A DNA stretch of 64,000 nt from Planctomycetota bacterium (GTDB taxonomy: Bacteria > Planctomycetota > MHYJ01 > WSZJ01), in contig JBBTCT010000020.1 in NCBI GenBank assembly GCA_038060895.1, positions 48,506-112,505 of the forward strand. The letters are read 5' to 3'. The notes below the pieces were generated by a model, which did not search any database, was not told the origin of the DNA, and was given only the letters and a program-made list of their open reading frames with translations. The position numbers and the translations under genes were made by a program. Of this stretch, positions 60,339 through 64,000 are shown one piece after another (positions within the stretch are counted from its first letter, which is position 1; the number at the start of each line of letters is the position of its first letter).

Positions 60339-62876
60339 ATGTCGGAACAGGCACTGCGCCCCGGCCTCCGGCTCTCGGAGTACGTGCTGGTCGAGCGCAT
60401 CGGAAGCGGCGGATTCGGGGAAGTCTGGGCCGCGCGGCACGCGGAGATCGCGAACCGGATGGTCGCAATCAAGATCCCCAGCGACCGGACGTTTACGCGG
60501 GAATTGCGCGCGGAGGCGTTCCTCCAAAGCTCGCTCGTGCACCCCAACATCGTGCGCACGATCGGGCTGAACACGAAGCATGACCCCCCCTTCTTCGTCA
60601 TGGAATTCGTCGAGGGCATCAGCCTCCGCGACCTGATCCGGCGCAAGAAGCGCATCTCGCCGGCGCAGTCGGCGCGGGTGTGCGCGCAGGTGCTGGAAGC
60701 GCTGGAATTCGCGCATGCGCGCGGCGTGGTGCACCGCGACGTCAAGCCGGGGAACATCATCTGCGGCTCGGACGGAAAGATCCGGGTCACGGATTTCGGC
60801 CTCTCGCAGGTCCAGAACGTGGACGCTTCCGGGATGAAACACTCGGGCGGCTTCAAGGGCGCGGCGCCCCGGCTCGTGCCGGGCACGGCGCTCTACATGG
60901 CGCCGGAGCAGCGTCGCGGGCAGGCGGTGGACGGCAAGGCCGACGTGTACGCGATGGGCGTGGTGCTCTTCGAGATGCTGACGGGCGAGCTGCCCTCGGG
61001 CTGCGACCTTCCGTCCGAGATGAACCCGCGCGTCCCGGCGGAGCTCGACGCGATCGTGAAGCGGGCGATGAAGTCGGACCCGGCGCAGCGGTACGGGAAT
61101 GCGGCGGCGATGAGGGCGGATCTGGAAGCGTGGCTGCGGGGCGATGCGCCCTCGGCGCAACCGGCGGGCTGGGCGGCGCGCGGCGGGTCGCGGTGGATCG
61201 CGGCGAGCGCGATTGCGACGGTGGCGATCGCGGTGGCGGGAATCGTGTCGCCGATCCTCCACAAGCGCGCTTCGAAGGGAACGGAGCCGAAGCGGGTGAG
61301 CATCATTGGCCTGCCGGAGATCGACGATTCTTCAGTCCCGGTTTCGGCGAAAGCCGGCCGGGTCACCATCAAGACGGTGCCGGACGGCGCCGACGTATTT
61401 GTGGACGGCCGCAATTACGGTCCGTCGCCCGCGGCGATCGACGGCCTTGCGCACGGGAAGCACATCGTCTCGTTCCGGCGCCGCGACTTCGCGGAGCTGA
61501 CGAGCGAATTCGAAGTCGGCCCGGGCGAAGCGCTCGCGCCGACATACCGGCTGGAGCAGCTGATGGGCGGGCTTTCGCTCAAGACCTCGCCGGAAGGCGC
61601 GATCATCTTCATCGACGGGAAGGAGTACGGCCCCGCTTCTCCCGCGCTCGACCTGCGCAACATTGCGGCCGGCCGCCACGCGGTCCGTGCGGAGCTGGCC
61701 GGTTGCCACGCGTACGAGGCCGACATCGAAGTCGAAGGCGGCCGCGTCACGGCGCGGACGCTCGAGCTGAACGAAATCGGTTTCGGCACGCTGTACCTGG
61801 AAAGCGATCCGGCGGGCGCCCTGGTCTTTGTCGACGGCAAGGCCGCGGGGTCCACGAAGGCGGCCCTCTCGGTCGAGCACCAGAGCGAGGGGAATCACAA
61901 GGTGACGTTTGTGATGGAAGGGTACGAGGCGTACGAGGCCGAGCTCCCGGTGCTCACGAAGGACGTCACAACGCACAACGCCGTCCTCAAGCCCATGCCC
62001 GGCCAGATCGACCTCGTCGCGCCGAAGAACGCCGCCGTCTGGATCGACGGCGAGCGCCGCGGCGCCGGGCCGCAGGCCTTCGCCAATCTCCCGCCCGGCG
62101 AACACCGCGTGCGCGTCTTCGACGTGGAGAAGACCGTCAAGGTCGTTCCCGGGAAGCCTGCGGCCGTGGAATTCACGCTCGATGAGCTCGGCCTGGTGAA
62201 GATCGCCGCAGGCGAGTTCACGATGGGAAGCGACACCGGCTTCCCCGATTCCAAACCGGCCCGCCGCGTCACCCTCCCGACGTATGCCATCGACCGCTTC
62301 GAGGTCACCAACCGCCAGTACCGCGTCTTCCTCGAAAAGGTGAAAGCCCACGGCGACGAAGCCTGGCGCCATCCCGACCAGTCCGCCGACAAGGACCACA
62401 CGCCGGGGACGTGGGGCGCGAAGGGAACGACGACGGAGGACTGGCCGGTGCTGGGCGTGGACTGGTTCGACGCGTACGCCTACGCGAAGTGGGCGGGCAA
62501 GCGGCTCCCGACCGAATCAGAGTGGGAGCGCGCCGCCCGCGGCGCCAACGGCCTCACGTTCCCCTGGGGCAACGAGAGTCCTTCAGTCGGTGAGCCCCGC
62601 GCGAACGCCGGCGGCACGGACGGCCCTCGCACGGTCGGCAGCTACCCGTCGGGCGCGAGCCCGGAGGGCGTCTTCGACCTGATCGGCAACGCCTGGGAAT
62701 GGTGCGCCGACTGGTACGCGCCCGAAGCCAACACCCGCAGCCGTTCGGTGCGCGGCGGATCGTTCTGGACGTACCCGTACGAGGTGAAAGCGTTCGACCG
62801 CGCGAGCGGCGCCGCTGTGAAAGAACCGCAGCGCACGATTGGATTCCGGTGCGTGGCGGAGGTTGACGGCAAGTAG
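60339..62876 (+). CDS. Ser/Thr kinase with TM, PEGA repeats and FGE/SUMF1 domain
   Basis: IGSGGFGEV, HRDVKPGN, DFG, GTALYMAPE; TVPDGADVFVDG-type PEGA repeats; GEFTMGS, EVTN, RLPTESEWERAARG; SD gaggagagg. Confidence 0.92.
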   Translation: MSEQALRPGLRLSEYVLVERIGSGGFGEVWAARHAEIANRMVAIKIPSDRTFTRELRAEAFLQSSLVHPNIVRTIGLNTKHDPPFFVMEFVEGISLRDLIRRKKRISPAQSARVCAQVLEALEFAHARGVVHRDVKPGNIICGSDGKIRVTDFGLSQVQNVDASGMKHSGGFKGAAPRLVPGTALYMAPEQRRGQAVDGKADVYAMGVVLFEMLTGELPSGCDLPSEMNPRVPAELDAIVKRAMKSDPAQRYGNAAAMRADLEAWLRGDAPSAQPAGWAARGGSRWIAASAIATVAIAVAGIVSPILHKRASKGTEPKRVSIIGLPEIDDSSVPVSAKAGRVTIKTVPDGADVFVDGRNYGPSPAAIDGLAHGKHIVSFRRRDFAELTSEFEVGPGEALAPTYRLEQLMGGLSLKTSPEGAIIFIDGKEYGPASPALDLRNIAAGRHAVRAELAGCHAYEADIEVEGGRVTARTLELNEIGFGTLYLESDPAGALVFVDGKAAGSTKAALSVEHQSEGNHKVTFVMEGYEAYEAELPVLTKDVTTHNAVLKPMPGQIDLVAPKNAAVWIDGERRGAGPQAFANLPPGEHRVRVFDVEKTVKVVPGKPAAVEFTLDELGLVKIAAGEFTMGSDTGFPDSKPARRVTLPTYAIDRFEVTNRQYRVFLEKVKAHGDEAWRHPDQSADKDHTPGTWGAKGTTTEDWPVLGVDWFDAYAYAKWAGKRLPTESEWERAARGANGLTFPWGNESPSVGEPRANAGGTDGPRTVGSYPSGASPEGVFDLIGNAWEWCADWYAPEANTRSRSVRGGSFWTYPYEVKAFDRASGAAVKEPQRTIGFRCVAEVDGK

Positions 62877-62910
62877 GGAGTCGGGAGTTCGGAGAAACGA
62901 CACTCTCAAC

Positions 62911-62944
62911 AAGGGCCGCCGCGAAACCGGCGGCCCTTTCTTTT
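62911..62944 (+). terminator. Intrinsic terminator
   Basis: aagggccgccg-cgaaac-cggcggccctt followed by tctttt, between convergent genes. Confidence 0.8.
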
Positions 62945-62952
62945 GAGATTCA

Positions 62953-63516
62953 TTACTTCAGACTCTCCCAGTCGATCGACATGTGGTCGTAGTCGATGAT
63001 TTCCCAGCCGTCCCTCCCGATGTGCTCGCTGGCGAGCAGGTCGAGAATCCCGGGATGCTCCAGGCGAAGCAACGGCCTGTCCTCGAGGCAAAGATCTCCG
63101 TCGTGGATCCGCACTTCGCGCTCTCTCAGGAACGAGTACCCATCAGCCGCGTAGAGAACAACCCCGGTGCCATCCATCACAAGGAGCTCGGGATTTCCGT
63201 GCGTCGTCAGGCAGGCCGGAACAAGGCGGCTGGCCACAACGACATGGGCCGGCGTTCCTTCCGGTTTGCGCATGAAGCTGCCGATGTACCGGAAGTCGCC
63301 CAAGTATGCATCGTCAGGTCCGCACGAAGAGGAAATCCCGGAGTAGGCAAGGTAGGCATGGAGCAGCGTGACGTAGAGAGAGCTGGTATGCGTTGGCGGA
63401 TTGAGTCGCGCGGCATCGCGCCTCTCCGTAGAACTGCTCGAGCAGCCGGTGCAAACGAGCAGTCCCGTTGTTGCGAAGAGCGCGACGAATGTGTTTCCTT
63501 TCACGACGAACAACAT
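62953..63516 (-). CDS. Hypothetical protein, possible lipoprotein, lower GC
   Basis: MLFVVKGNTFVALFATTGLLVCTGCSSSS lipobox-like segment; atypical codon usage; start uncertain. Confidence 0.55.
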   Translation of the reverse strand: MLFVVKGNTFVALFATTGLLVCTGCSSSSTERRDAARLNPPTHTSSLYVTLLHAYLAYSGISSSCGPDDAYLGDFRYIGSFMRKPEGTPAHVVVASRLVPACLTTHGNPELLVMDGTGVVLYAADGYSFLREREVRIHDGDLCLEDRPLLRLEHPGILDLLASEHIGRDGWEIIDYDHMSIDWESLK

Positions 63517-63543
63517 CGACCGGTGAAGAGAGGAACTTGACGA

Positions 63544-63930
63544 ATGCCTTCGCGCCAGAACATCTCCAGCGGCTCGCCCTGGGAGCCCACGGTCGGCTAC
63601 TCGCGCGCCGTGCGCGTCGGGAACGTCATCCACGTTTCGGGCACGACCGGGACCGGGACGGACGGCAAGGTCGTCGCTCCGGACGCCTACGGCCAGGCGA
63701 AGGCGGCGCTCGCGAAGATCGCGACGGCGCTCGAGCAGGCGGGCGCTTCCGTGAAGGACGTCGTTCGGACGCGGATCTACATCACGGACGCCAAGCAGTG
63801 GGAAGAGGTCGGCCGCGCGCACGGCGAGGTATTCCGCGACATCCGGCCGGCGTCGGCGATGGTGGTGGTGAAGGCGCTGATCGACCCGGCGATGCTGGTG
63901 GAGATTGAGGCCGAGGCGATCGTGGGGTAA
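63544..63930 (+). CDS. RidA/YjgF family protein
   Basis: [41 protein letters not shown]. Confidence 0.92.
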   Translation: MPSRQNISSGSPWEPTVGYSRAVRVGNVIHVSGTTGTGTDGKVVAPDAYGQAKAALAKIATALEQAGASVKDVVRTRIYITDAKQWEEVGRAHGEVFRDIRPASAMVVVKALIDPAMLVEIEAEAIVG

Positions 63931-63956
63931 AACGGCAGGGGATGGGGAACCGCGGG

Positions 63957-64000
<44 letters not shown>

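Overview
GC-rich bacterial chromosome segment, most likely Planctomycetota (inferred from five Hanks-type Ser/Thr kinases, kinase-FGE/SUMF1 fusions, a DUF1570-like peptidase and a giant TPR/alpha-2-macroglobulin-like protein). It spans the probable replication origin: iscS-dnaA-(oriC)-dnaN-[lower-GC insert]-dciA-gyrB, with no recF or gyrA in place. Other recognisable genes are pyrD, rsgA, hutI, moaB/mog, a Btu/Fec-type ABC importer, an MFS transporter, a VOC protein, GT4, a polysaccharide deacetylase, RidA and two orphan PulE/GspE ATPases. I recognised no rRNA, tRNA, CRISPR array, integrase or transposase. Main observations: (1) a non-canonical 15-bp palindrome, TGACGCA-N-TGCGTCA, occurs 5-6 times around the origin, mostly inside coding sequence through AT-ending codons, behaving like a parS-type centromere or other origin-organising site; (2) a second DciA/DUF721-like domain is fused in frame to the N-terminus of GyrB; (3) an exported thioredoxin-like gene is split by an in-frame Cys-UGA followed by a hairpin (candidate selenoprotein); (4) a coupled three-gene module encodes a degenerate Mrr-like membrane protein, a PulE ATPase and a papain-like protein; (5) many genes look leaderless, and long intergenic hairpin elements of several families are common. 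All calls come from motif recognition by eye; no database searches were run. Several start codons were moved downstream of those in the ORF track.
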